A stretch of 64,000 bases of DNA from the IMG/VR virus record IMGVR_UViG_3300012848_000031. One strand, written 5' to 3'. The DNA comes from a virus. Positions 1-9,091 of this stretch are shown in pieces. Under the pieces are notes generated by a model. It was given only the letters and a program-made list of their open reading frames with translations, searched no databases and was not told the DNA's origin. Positions within the stretch are counted from its first letter, which is position 1. Each line of letters opens with the position of its first letter. The translations under genes and the position numbers were made by a program.

Positions 1-1500
1 TAGCATCCTGGCTGCCTCGACCTCCGCCTTCCTCAAGAGCTCCAGCAGCCGCCCAGCGGTCTCCCGGTGGATCTGCTCTGCCTGGAACAGCACCTCGGCA
101 GCCGCCGAGGCTGGCAGCCGCTCCTGAGCCCGCAGCACCGCAGCGCGCTCCCGGTGTGCCTTCTCCAGGGCCGCCCCGGCAACCGCCGAGGACAGCACCC
201 CAGAGCGCACCAGGCGCTCGAGCTCCCGGATCTCCCGGTCGAGCCGCTGGACGTCCGGTATCCGGTCGATGTCCGGCGCGCTTTGTTCCTCGATCCAGAG
301 CTTGCGCATCTGACGGACGGTGTACTCAACCGCCTCGGGCGCGAGCACCTCTGTGTGCAGCGGCTCCAGGATGAGTTCCTCGGCGAGATCTCGGCGTACG
401 GTGCGGTCATTCATGCACGCGTGGTCGCCCCCGCCGTGGTTCGTGCCGCAGCGATAGAAGTTGCGCGAGGACGAACCCGTCACGATGAGCTTCGCGCTGC
501 AGATCGCGCACTCGAGCAAGCCTGAGAGCAGGAACTTCGGCTTGCCGCCGCGGCGGCGCTTGCCCGGCTGGAACGCCTGCGCCCGGGCCTGGATGAGCCG
601 CTGCACGCGGTCCCACACGTCACGCGCGACGATCGCGAGCTCGGGCATGTCGCTCACGATCCATTGCGATTGCGGACGCAGCCTTCTGATCCGCCGGCGG
701 GTATCCGGGTCGCGGACCCATTCGCTTCTGTTCCATACGTAGCGACCGACATAGAGCTCATTGCGCAGGATCGTGTGGATAGACGAAACGAGCCATCGAC
801 CATCGGTCCGGCGAACCTTCCGATTCCACGTGGAGCCCGGCGACGGCACGCCGCGCGCATTCAAGTCCCACACGATTGCTCGCATGCTCTCGCCACCATC
901 CACGCGCGCGAAGATCTCGCGCACGATCTCTGCCTGCTCTGGATGGATATCCTTCCGGTACCCGAGCACCGCGGCCGCGCCGTGTACATCAACGCGCGCG
1001 GGATCCAGCACGGGCACCGGCCGATAGCCGTAGGCCTTGCCGCCGGCCGAGTACTGCTTCAGCGCCTGGCCGGTCAATCCACGGTGTGTGCGCTCGCGCA
1101 GGTGATCGAGATCGAGCTCGTCCTTCAGATTGTGGATGGCGCGCAGCGTCTTGCGTGCCTTGAGCTTCGAGTCGTATCCATCGGTGAGCGTGATGATGCG
1201 GATGCCGCGGAACTCCAGGCGGCGGATCACGCTTTCACGCTCGACGCCATCGCGGCCGAGTCGGGAGAGCTCGTCCATGACCAGGACATCGAGTTCGCCA
1301 GCCTCGGCCGCCCGCAGCATGCGCCGGTATCCGTCGCGCTCGTGCGTGTCGCCGGAGACGGCGGCGTCTGAGAAACGGCCGACGAGTTCCCATCCCTCGA
1401 CGCCGATGCGTTGGCCGGTCTTACGGTCCTGATCGTCGATCGAAGCGTCGCGCTGCTTGTCGGATGAGAAGCGGGCGTAAGTGGCGGCGCGCGTCGTCAT
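1..1500 (-). CDS. Large serine recombinase (integrase 1), 3' end runs off window
   Basis: Manual translation from ATG 1500: MTTRAATYARFSSDKQRDASIDDQ (catalytic Ser motif), DELSRLGRD, Zn-ribbon LLSGLLECAIC...YRC; open to position 1; absent from ORF track because no stop in window. Confidence 0.93.
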   Translation of the reverse strand, partial: MTTRAATYARFSSDKQRDASIDDQDRKTGQRIGVEGWELVGRFSDAAVSGDTHERDGYRRMLRAAEAGELDVLVMDELSRLGRDGVERESVIRRLEFRGIRIITLTDGYDSKLKARKTLRAIHNLKDELDLDHLRERTHRGLTGQALKQYSAGGKAYGYRPVPVLDPARVDVHGAAAVLGYRKDIHPEQAEIVREIFARVDGGESMRAIVWDLNARGVPSPGSTWNRKVRRTDGRWLVSSIHTILRNELYVGRYVWNRSEWVRDPDTRRRIRRLRPQSQWIVSDMPELAIVARDVWDRVQRLIQARAQAFQPGKRRRGGKPKFLLSGLLECAICSAKLIVTGSSSRNFYRCGTNHGGGDHACMNDRTVRRDLAEELILEPLHTEVLAPEAVEYTVRQMRKLWIEEQSAPDIDRIPDVQRLDREIRELERLVRSGVLSSAVAGAALEKAHRERAAVLRAQERLPASAAAEVLFQAEQIHRETAGRLLELLRKAEVEAARML

Positions 1501-1594
1501 GGTCTGAGGCTTTCAGTCAATGCATCGCGTCGCTTCACGCAGCGATGCGTTTCGGTAAGCACGGCTTGGCGCTCCCGCGCTGTGCTGTTGTTCT

Positions 1595-1816
1595 TTATCC
1601 GGGTCCAGTGCTCCGCAAGCTCGAGGATGCGGGCCTCGACGCCGACGAGCTCGGTGAAGCCGGCGCTCCACCTGGGCCAGTCGGATTGCGGGATTCGGGT
1701 CGGACGGCGGAGTCTAGGCACGCGCTGGGGTCGGCAGCAACTTTCGTGCGCCGGCGGGCCTCCTCGAGGGCGGCTCGGGCCAGGAAGTCGAGGAGCGGCT
1801 TCAGCTCGGGCCTCAC
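1595..1816 (-). CDS. Small hypothetical protein next to integrase
   Basis: GTG start overlapping upstream stop (GTGA); MRPELKPLLDFLARAALEEARRR. Confidence 0.5.
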   Translation of the reverse strand: MRPELKPLLDFLARAALEEARRRTKVAADPSACLDSAVRPESRNPTGPGGAPASPSSSASRPASSSLRSTGPG

Positions 1817-2079
1817 CGCTCATCCTCGTACGGCTTCATCCTTGTCACAACGTACTTGCCGGCACGGATCCTCTTGGCCAGATTCTTCGCGACGCGCTCG
1901 ACTTCGCGCGCTGCCTTTTGGTTGTCGTCCTGCGCTCCATCCAGGACGAAGGAGGCCATGATCTGGAGCAGTACGTCGCCCGCATGGGCCGGGCAGCACG
2001 TGCGCTCCTGGATCTGCGCGCGCAGCTCATTCGAGAGCGCGTCAACCTCGTCCGAGGTCATAGAAGCACGGCGGTTCAC
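1813..2079 (-). CDS. Hypothetical protein
   Basis: GTGA overlaps at both ends; GC3-rich codons. Confidence 0.6.
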   Translation of the reverse strand: MNRRASMTSDEVDALSNELRAQIQERTCCPAHAGDVLLQIMASFVLDGAQDDNQKAAREVERVAKNLAKRIRAGKYVVTRMKPYEDER

Positions 2080-2549
2080 GCTGCCCCCTTCATGCGCTGC
2101 GCCTTCACCCATTGCCGGATGCCGCCGGCGTCGATACGCTCGGCCTCGATCACGTCAATCACCCGCTGGCACTGCGCCTCATCGAACATTCCGATGTGCG
2201 TGTCGTCGACCTGGACGCCGAGCTGCACGGACAGCCACGCATACGCGCGCGAGCGCATGATCCGCTTCAGCTTGCTGTTGGGCCGGCTCTCTTCTGGGTA
2301 CGCCAACTGTTGGGCCGCGAAGGTCGCCCAGAGCGGATCGAACGCAGCATGCGCGGCCTGCTTCATCCGGCGGAGCGCGGCATTGGCGAGGCGGCCCATC
2401 GGTCGCCCGTCGGGATGGCAACCCACGTACGCGTGGCAGGGCGCGCAATGGAAGAAGGACAGGTCGGACAGATCTGGGCGGTGCGGATAGATCACACGGC
2501 CGCCGACGCGCTTCGCCTGGCGTAGGCAGTACGGACATTGCACGGTCAC
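2076..2549 (-). CDS. Zinc-finger phage protein (DUF3268-like)
   Basis: CPYC...YPHRPDL...CAPCHAYVGCHPDG...AHAAFDPLW...AYAWLS...HIGMFD pattern. Confidence 0.8.
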   Translation of the reverse strand: MTVQCPYCLRQAKRVGGRVIYPHRPDLSDLSFFHCAPCHAYVGCHPDGRPMGRLANAALRRMKQAAHAAFDPLWATFAAQQLAYPEESRPNSKLKRIMRSRAYAWLSVQLGVQVDDTHIGMFDEAQCQRVIDVIEAERIDAGGIRQWVKAQRMKGAA

Positions 2550-2938
2550 GTGACCGGCTCCGCCTTCGCCGCTGTAGCGCGCACGGCGTTCCAGAAGCGC
2601 AGCTTCTCCTCCCACGGCATCTTGTTGTGTGCACTCAAGATTGAATCCGCATCGCTCGACGTCATGTCCCAGCCGCGAGCACGGCATTCGCGGTAGAAGT
2701 TCTGCGCCACCTCGACCGCGCGCTCGCGGCTCGCGGCATTCGTGTAACCGTGCCGATGCACCATGAAGCCGGTCGGGATGTGCGTGATGTACCAGTCCGC
2801 AGCCTCCCCGGTCTCGACGTTCGCCTCGTACCGCAGGTCAACCGCCAGCAGCTCGTCGGTGTCGGGAACGAACCAGCCCGGGACCTCTTCCGGGATCTCG
2901 CCCTCGCCGCAGCGAATTTTTATGACGGTAGCTTTCAT
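2546..2938 (-). CDS. Hypothetical protein
   Basis: ORF coupled at both ends. Confidence 0.65.
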   Translation of the reverse strand: MKATVIKIRCGEGEIPEEVPGWFVPDTDELLAVDLRYEANVETGEAADWYITHIPTGFMVHRHGYTNAASRERAVEVAQNFYRECRARGWDMTSSDADSILSAHNKMPWEEKLRFWNAVRATAAKAEPVT

Positions 2939-4644
2939 GAGAAGAGATCCTCAGATGCACGCAACTCACCGCGACCGCGCACCAGCTCGAGCGTGCGCAG
3001 CCGCGAGAGCGCATTGTTGAAACCGCCGCCGCCGGCGTCGTAGCCCGTCGCCTCGGCGAGCTGATACTTGGAGAGCGCCTGCGGATACACGTGAGCGAGC
3101 GTGTCCAGGGCGGCCCGCTCCGCTTTTCCAAGCTGCCCGAGCCAGTGCTGCAGGAGGGCGCGGCCGCGCGGGAGGGGTTCGTAGCTACCGAGCGCTTCTA
3201 GCCCGGCGGTTGCGATTGTGATGAGCCCGCCGACGTGGTCGTGGATTCGCCCCTTGGAGCGCAGCGCCGAGAGCGCGTTATTGAAGCCTCCTCCGGTCGA
3301 TGCGTAGCCGGTGAGGATCGCGATCTGCGTCTTCGTTCGGCCCTTTGAGTGCTGCGCCAGTGCGGTGAGGACGAGCCGCTCGGCCTTCGGCATCGGCTCC
3401 CCCGAGCCGCTTGCCTGCTGCCTGGTTAAGTGGCGCGCCGTCTCGATCAGAGCGTCGCGCGTAGCTGGCTTCAGCGTGCTCGCAGGCGGATGCGTAGTGA
3501 CCATGACCTGATCGGGCAGCGGGGCCGCCGCGATCGACTCGGCGATCTCCCGCAGCGATGCCATGAACTCGTCGCCCGCCTTTACGATGCCGTGGATCTT
3601 TCCGCCAATCGCGGCAGTCGCGGCCGCGTAACCGTCCTCGAGGCCCCGACGCCGCTCCGCCACCAGGAGCGCCTGGTCGACAACCGGATCCGAGATCTGC
3701 GGCCGCGCCTCCAGCTCCTTGATGCGAGCCTTCAGCGCCTCGACGTCGTTGCCTTCCGCGTCCTTCACCGCGTCGCCGATGAGCGCACGCAGCTGCTTCA
3801 CGTCGACCTGCGCCGTCACCACGGGCCCGCGATGCGAGTCGTCTTCCGGCGTCGCGCTGTTGTCGTACGTCTGGATCCGCGGGAACTGCATCCGCAGCAG
3901 CAGATTGTCTTTGCCGCCCGAGCAGATCCAGCCTTCCCCGTCCGCCAGGTTCGGCATCGAGCCCTCGATCTCTTCGCGAAGCGACTTATCCTTCACGGAC
4001 CCCTTCAGCCACTTCGCGACTGGCTCTTGATCGGCTGGATACATCACTCGGTGCACGATCACCGTCTCGCAGCTGCTGAGCACGGCGTTGTGCAGCGCCT
4101 GCACCCGCTGTGTCGCCACGACCAGGCGCACACCCTTCGAGCGGCCGGCCGTCGCGAGCTGCTTCGCGTAGTAGACCGACATGCTCTCGCCCGTGACGCC
4201 TGACTTCTCCTTCGGGCAGAACTCGTGCGCCTCCTCGATCACGAGGTACAGCACGCCGCGCAGCTTGCTCATCAGCGCCGGCGCGAAGTCATTGAAGAAC
4301 CGCTGCAGGCCTCCAGGTCCGAAGCCGGCCATGTCGATGATCGACAGCGGCAGCTTCCCGGTGGCCACGAGCTCTCCGATCGCGCCGCCGGCGCCGGCGT
4401 GAAGCGGCACGTGACCATGCGGCCCGCCCAGGATCTGGAACGGCAGGCCGGGGCCATCGCCAGCCTTATTCGACGTCAGACCCCACCAGTCCGACTTCAG
4501 CGGATCGAGGATGCATACGCGCGAGCCCTCGGCGGCGACCTGCTCGATGAGCAGTTTGCTCGTGCTCGATTTGCCGCTGCCGGTCATGCCGACGACCGCG
4601 ATATGCTTCTTCCGGATTGCGGCTTCTGGGATCGCGTGCGTCAT
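2935..4644 (-). CDS. HerA/FtsK-like (DUF87) P-loop ATPase with two C-terminal winged-helix-like repeats
   Basis: Walker [13 protein letters not shown], Walker B LVIEEAH, GRSKG, ATQR; start ATG 4644 overlaps csrA stop. Confidence 0.8.
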   Translation of the reverse strand: MTHAIPEAAIRKKHIAVVGMTGSGKSSTSKLLIEQVAAEGSRVCILDPLKSDWWGLTSNKAGDGPGLPFQILGGPHGHVPLHAGAGGAIGELVATGKLPLSIIDMAGFGPGGLQRFFNDFAPALMSKLRGVLYLVIEEAHEFCPKEKSGVTGESMSVYYAKQLATAGRSKGVRLVVATQRVQALHNAVLSSCETVIVHRVMYPADQEPVAKWLKGSVKDKSLREEIEGSMPNLADGEGWICSGGKDNLLLRMQFPRIQTYDNSATPEDDSHRGPVVTAQVDVKQLRALIGDAVKDAEGNDVEALKARIKELEARPQISDPVVDQALLVAERRRGLEDGYAAATAAIGGKIHGIVKAGDEFMASLREIAESIAAAPLPDQVMVTTHPPASTLKPATRDALIETARHLTRQQASGSGEPMPKAERLVLTALAQHSKGRTKTQIAILTGYASTGGGFNNALSALRSKGRIHDHVGGLITIATAGLEALGSYEPLPRGRALLQHWLGQLGKAERAALDTLAHVYPQALSKYQLAEATGYDAGGGGFNNALSRLRTLELVRGRGELRASEDLFS

Positions 4645-4838
4645 GTCGTCGGTCCGTCCGCCTCGCCGCCCTGCTGCTCGCGCTGGATCCGCTCGAAGAT
4701 CTCCTCGCGGTGAACCGCGATGTTCCTCGGCGCGTTGACGCCGATCTTCACCTGGTTGCCTTTTACGCCCAGGATGGTGAGCGTGATGTCGGCGCCGATC
4801 ATTATGGTTTCGCCTGTACGTCTGGTGAGGATGAGCAT
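4641..4838 (-). CDS. csrA: Carbon storage regulator CsrA/RsmA homolog
   Basis: [54 protein letters not shown] closely follows the CsrA consensus. Confidence 0.95.
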   Translation of the reverse strand: MLILTRRTGETIMIGADITLTILGVKGNQVKIGVNAPRNIAVHREEIFERIQREQQGGEADGPTT

Positions 4839-5235
4839 GTCGGGTCTCCCTGTTGTATTGGTGCCAGCCGGTCAAGGCTGGCAATGAATTCCGCCAGTTG
4901 CCGCGCCTCTCCGCGCGAGAGCCAGATCGCTGCGTCTCCGTCGCTCGTGGTCTGCTCGATCACGACGTCGCCGGCCTGCAGTGAAGCCTGAAACCCGATG
5001 GTCGGTGAGGAGACGATTCGCGGCCCGCCGGAGTCTGTCGGCGCTGTATCTTCCCGCCCCCCCCCTTTTTTTTTTCGGCCTTCTCTGCGCGCAGCCGCTT
5101 CTTGCAGGCTCTGCAATCCTTCATGTACCCGTCGCCGCCGAAGTTGGTCGTTGCGCGACCAAAGGCATCGACTGCCTTCGTGTGGCCGCACGTGCGGCAC
5201 TTCTTCTCGGTGATCTCGGCGATCGCGTCCATCAT
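4802..5235 (-). CDS. Zn-finger protein split over two frames at an A10G9 tract
   Basis: 0-frame 4960..5235 (CRTC...CRAC) stops at 4960; -1 frame continues with coding-like codons to 4802. Confidence 0.5.
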
Positions 5236-5537
5236 CCCCCCCGCAGGTTTCTGAGTGTTTCGTCGTAGCCGAAATCCCCGGGCAAGAGCAGGCTCGGCTC
5301 ATCCTCGTCGTCCGGAGAAATCCACTCGCGGTGACGCTCCTCGTTCACCTCGAGGGCGGCTTCGCTCGGGTGCGTATCGCCTGCATCCCAGCGCGCAATA
5401 TGGTCGGTGCAGACGGAGCACACGCCCCAGCCCGTCTCTCGATCTACGCGCAACCAGGTGCAGCCCTGGCCGGTCGTTGTGTCGAGGCAGGCGTGCTCGT
5501 CGTCGCAGCCGCAGCCGATGCAGAGGGCGACGTTCAT
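5232..5537 (-). CDS. Cys-rich hypothetical protein
   Basis: CIGCGCDDEHAC...CTW...CSVC; coupled ORF. Confidence 0.7.
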   Translation of the reverse strand: MNVALCIGCGCDDEHACLDTTTGQGCTWLRVDRETGWGVCSVCTDHIARWDAGDTHPSEAALEVNEERHREWISPDDEDEPSLLLPGDFGYDETLRNLRGG

Positions 5538-5719
5538 GACCGCGCCGCTCGCTTCGCCTTCGCCAACCAGACCCGGTTCTCACGGACCTCAGTCGCGATC
5601 GACGCCGGCTCGATCCGCTTCGTCTTCGGATTCATGTAGCTCGCCGCCAGCACGTCGGTCTCCGCAGCGATGCGGCGGATTGCGAAGCGCAGCAGGTCCC
5701 GTGTCACGTTCTGGCTCAT
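5534..5719 (-). CDS. Hypothetical protein
   Basis: Coupled ORF (ATGA overlaps). Confidence 0.6.
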   Translation of the reverse strand: MSQNVTRDLLRFAIRRIAAETDVLAASYMNPKTKRIEPASIATEVRENRVWLAKAKRAARS

Positions 5720-5937
5720 GTGCGCGCCTTCCTGAAATGGTCAGCCTTCGGGCACGTGCTGAAGTGCGACACATGCCGCTTGAGATCGAGCTGGTGCTCG
5801 GCGTCCGTCGGCTTCGTGGTTTCCGCGTTCACCGGCATGCGCTTGCCGGTGGGCGTGCGGAACCACACGACGAGCGCTTCGCAGCCGCTGCACTTCGTCT
5901 CGAACGGGTGATGGCGGTACGTGGTCGACGAGATCAC
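5716..5937 (-). CDS. Small Zn-finger phage protein
   Basis: GTG start; CSGCEALVVWFRTPTGKRMPVNA...HFSTCP. Confidence 0.7.
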   Translation of the reverse strand: MISSTTYRHHPFETKCSGCEALVVWFRTPTGKRMPVNAETTKPTDAEHQLDLKRHVSHFSTCPKADHFRKART

Positions 5938-6233
5938 TTGCCCTCCGCCTTCTTGATCGCCGCGCGCGCCGCGAGGATCCTGCTGCAACGGTTGCAGCGC
6001 TCCATGCTGCAAATCCCTTTGTGGCACGCTGCATCCTTGTCGATGTACTCACTCTCGAAGAGCTTGAGCGCTTCGAGGAGATCCGGCGCGGCGGCGACGA
6101 GTTGAGCGTCGGCGAGTTCCTCGCAAGCCGCGACCTCAACCGACCGCGGCTCGGAGCAGATCGAGTAGTAGCCCGGAAACTGGCGCTCCACGTCGTCGGC
6201 GATATGCCATGGACCAGTGGTGTGGGTGCTCAT
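5934..6233 (-). CDS. Hypothetical phage early protein
   Basis: HTTGPW...DAQLVAAAPDLLEALK motif common in phage early proteins. Confidence 0.7.
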   Translation of the reverse strand: MSTHTTGPWHIADDVERQFPGYYSICSEPRSVEVAACEELADAQLVAAAPDLLEALKLFESEYIDKDAACHKGICSMERCNRCSRILAARAAIKKAEGK

Positions 6234-7825
6234 GACCGCGCCGCCCTCTTCTTCGAGGCCTTCGCCGGCTTCTTCGCCTTCTCGGCTGCGGCCAGATTGC
6301 TGCGGATCTTCGCCGCGTCGACCTTGTAACGCTTTGCCGCAGCATGCAGGAGCGCCGGGTTGTCCTGCCCGTAAGTAAAGAACGGCAGATCACTCGCGAG
6401 CGTCAACGCGCGCAGGAACGTCCAGCGCTCAGCGACGCTCATCTTGTCGATGTAGGGCTTCGCATCGGTGTCATAGCCGCCCACGTACTTCCCCGTACGC
6501 TTCTTCGGCACCCATCCGAGAGCCTTGAAAAGGCGCCTCTGCGTATCGGAGTCGAGCCGCTCGAACCACTCCTCACAGGTGATGTGGAGGATTTCATCCT
6601 TGTCGGTGGCCGGTGTCTTGTGGATCTCCTGGAACAACGCCAGTCGGTACGCGAGCGCGCGCCGACGCCGCTTGTCTGCAGCGGCCTCAGGGTTGCTCGA
6701 GGACGCGCGCTCCGGCTTGCGGCCGCGAGCCTTGTCGACGTCGCGTTCGGCCGCGACCTCGATCATCTTTCCGCTCTCGGGATCCTGCAGCAGCGTTGGG
6801 ACGAAGTCCTTGCCGAGCGTCTGCCGGTAGGTGCGCGAGCCCCCAGTAGTGGAGTAGTCCTTCGCGTCGAGGCGCACGTACCCCTGCAGGTTGTGGTTCT
6901 CCACACCGTAGCGCGCGACCTCCTTTGCCGCATTGCCTGTCAGAACCTTCTGGCCAGTCTTCTCCGCCTCCGCCACCACGCGCGCCGCATGCGCAGCAAT
7001 CTTCGCGCGGAAGCACGCGACGTCTGTGCAGACGTCTGCACCCTTCACGTCACCGAAGAGTTCGGGCTGGTTGCCGGTCCGTTTCGGGCACGGACCGCAG
7101 GCGCCAGCGGCCGGAAGCAATGTCGCATCTTCCGTCTTGAACCCCGCGCTCGACAGGCGAAGCATGTACTCAGTCTGGATGTGCTTCGCGGCTTCGCGCA
7201 CACTCATCTGCTCGCCTTCGCTGCCGCCCCAATTCTTCTTAGGGGTCGTAATTTCCTTCAGCGCCTTCTTCTGCAGCTCGGCGTCCGGGATCCGCGCGAG
7301 CAGTAGCGCCGTCGATGCGTTGAGCTTGCCGTCATAGAAGGACTTGCGCCCATCCTTCCCGAGCGCGAGGAGCTTCAGGCGCGCGTAGACATAGCCCTTC
7401 GATTTGCCGACCTTGTCGCCCAGTTCGTCGGCGTGGTGGCCGTGCAGCTTCATGAGCTGCTCGTAACCTTCCGCCTCCTGTAGCGGATGCAGATCTACCC
7501 GCTGTAGATTCTCGATGAGCTGCACTTCGAGCACCTGCTCATCGTTCCAGGCGCCGACGAGCGCCGGGATGTCGCTAAGCCCCGCCCGCTGAGCGCCAAG
7601 GTATCGGCGCTCGCCGGCGATGATCTCGAACTTGTCCCGTGCCGCTTCTTCCGTCACCGCCCGCACGACGATCGGCTGCAGAACGCCGTGCGCCGCGATG
7701 CTCTCGGCCAGCTCCGCGAGTTCAGCCTTCTCGAAGTGCGCGCGGCGCGCCACCTGCGGGCCAGTCTTCGAGAGGACGAGCGCGGTGAGCGGGATACGGC
7801 GGATATCAGAATGGGAGGTCGTCAT
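6230..7825 (-). CDS. ParB/RepB/Spo0J family protein with long C-terminal extension
   Basis: HGVLQPIVVR...EIIAGERRY...QLIENLQRVDLHPLQEA motifs. Confidence 0.9.
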   Translation of the reverse strand: MTTSHSDIRRIPLTALVLSKTGPQVARRAHFEKAELAELAESIAAHGVLQPIVVRAVTEEAARDKFEIIAGERRYLGAQRAGLSDIPALVGAWNDEQVLEVQLIENLQRVDLHPLQEAEGYEQLMKLHGHHADELGDKVGKSKGYVYARLKLLALGKDGRKSFYDGKLNASTALLLARIPDAELQKKALKEITTPKKNWGGSEGEQMSVREAAKHIQTEYMLRLSSAGFKTEDATLLPAAGACGPCPKRTGNQPELFGDVKGADVCTDVACFRAKIAAHAARVVAEAEKTGQKVLTGNAAKEVARYGVENHNLQGYVRLDAKDYSTTGGSRTYRQTLGKDFVPTLLQDPESGKMIEVAAERDVDKARGRKPERASSSNPEAAADKRRRRALAYRLALFQEIHKTPATDKDEILHITCEEWFERLDSDTQRRLFKALGWVPKKRTGKYVGGYDTDAKPYIDKMSVAERWTFLRALTLASDLPFFTYGQDNPALLHAAAKRYKVDAAKIRSNLAAAEKAKKPAKASKKRAARS

Positions 7826-8609
7826 CGTCGTCTCCTGATGTGGCGGCGGCCGGCGCCGCGGTCGGTGCCGGGCGCGGGGGATACCGCGCTTCGAGCACGC
7901 GCTCCAGGCCCTGCCGGTAATACGGATAGTCCTGATCGAGCCAAGGTTGCCTCAGGCACCAGAAGATGAAGCCCTCGTCGAGGTCCTCGAGCAGCACGCC
8001 CCTGTACTTGGCCATCGGGCACGTGCGCGGGATGCGGCACTTCTCGGACAGCTCCCACAGGCCCGACCAGGTGCGCACGGTCGGATGGGCGTTGAGGAGG
8101 AAGCCGAGTAGCGCGAGATTGTTCTTCGCGTCGACCGCGGCACCGTGCGCATGGCGCAGCTGCGAGCGCGTGTAGTCGTCCGCACCCTGCAAGTAGTAGA
8201 GGAGTGCGGACTGCGAGTAGCTGTCGGCCTCCGTCCAGGTCCACTTCGCGATCGCGCACGTGTCGATGCGCTTCACATCCTTCGGTGAACCGGCGGCCTC
8301 CCAATCGAAGTCGATGGAGTGGCCGATCAGATAGGTCGTGTCGGACGGCAGCTTGAACTCCGTGCACGGGGGGGCATTGGCGAGATCGCTCGGCAGGATG
8401 TGGTGTACGGCCATCGCGCCGTAGGTGAGCGACCGCGTGACCGGCCGGTAGCGCGAGCAGAAGAACTCATCAAAGGCCAGGAACTCGGGGATCGAGTCCG
8501 TGCCGCCCAGGAGATCCGGCTCGGAGCGCAGTTTCAGCCAGGCGGCCTCGATGATCTCGCGGCCCGGCTCTCTGTCGGTCGTCTCAGTGTCGAAGATCAG
8601 GACGTTCAT
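7806..8609 (-). CDS. DEDDh 3'-5' exonuclease (ExoX-like) with short C-terminal domain
   Basis: IFDTETT, IGHSIDFD, HGAAVDA; C-terminal KYRGVLLEDL...WC. Confidence 0.85.
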   Translation of the reverse strand: MNVLIFDTETTDREPGREIIEAAWLKLRSEPDLLGGTDSIPEFLAFDEFFCSRYRPVTRSLTYGAMAVHHILPSDLANAPPCTEFKLPSDTTYLIGHSIDFDWEAAGSPKDVKRIDTCAIAKWTWTEADSYSQSALLYYLQGADDYTRSQLRHAHGAAVDAKNNLALLGFLLNAHPTVRTWSGLWELSEKCRIPRTCPMAKYRGVLLEDLDEGFIFWCLRQPWLDQDYPYYRQGLERVLEARYPPRPAPTAAPAAATSGDDDDDLPF

Positions 8610-8624
8610 GGTGTGTGCGACCTT

Positions 8625-8822
8625 TCAATCGAAAAGGGTTGCATCGAGCCAGCAGCTGCGGGTGTCGGCTTCGAGCTTGATGAAGTCGTCTTCGGAGTAC
8701 TTCGGCGGCAAGCCGCGGTGCTCGCAGCTGATGTTGGCGGCAATCATTCCGGCGCGTCGCGTGGCGTAGGCTTCCAGCTCGATTCGCTGGTTGAGAATGA
8801 TGGCGTCGTGGCGGGCGCTCAT
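8625..8822 (-). CDS. Hypothetical protein
   Basis: ORF in early-left operon. Confidence 0.55.
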   Translation of the reverse strand: MSARHDAIILNQRIELEAYATRRAGMIAANISCEHRGLPPKYSEDDFIKLEADTRSCWLDATLFD

Positions 8823-9091
8823 ACCTGAACCCCCGTCGGCTCTATGCTGAGCCCCACGTACCCCGGCTGAAGCCCCGGCAAGTTGTAGACGCCCACGACG
8901 TTGACGTAGAGCGGCGCGTAGCCTTGCGCGAACTCTCCGCGTATCGTGTCCCAGGCCTGCAGCTCCAGGATGTCGCCGGCCTGGAAGACACGGTCGGTCG
9001 TGTCACGGACCTGGAAGGTCATGCGGCCGGACTGCACTTCGCTGTACCAGTGCTTCCAGATTTTCAGCGTGTGGACTTTCTGAGCCATCAC
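8819..9091 (-). CDS. ASCH/PUA-like (DUF3850-like) protein
   Basis: HTLKIW...V.SG...F.VR..DR.FQ.GD.L.L pattern. Confidence 0.75.
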   Translation of the reverse strand: MMAQKVHTLKIWKHWYSEVQSGRMTFQVRDTTDRVFQAGDILELQAWDTIRGEFAQGYAPLYVNVVGVYNLPGLQPGYVGLSIEPTGVQV

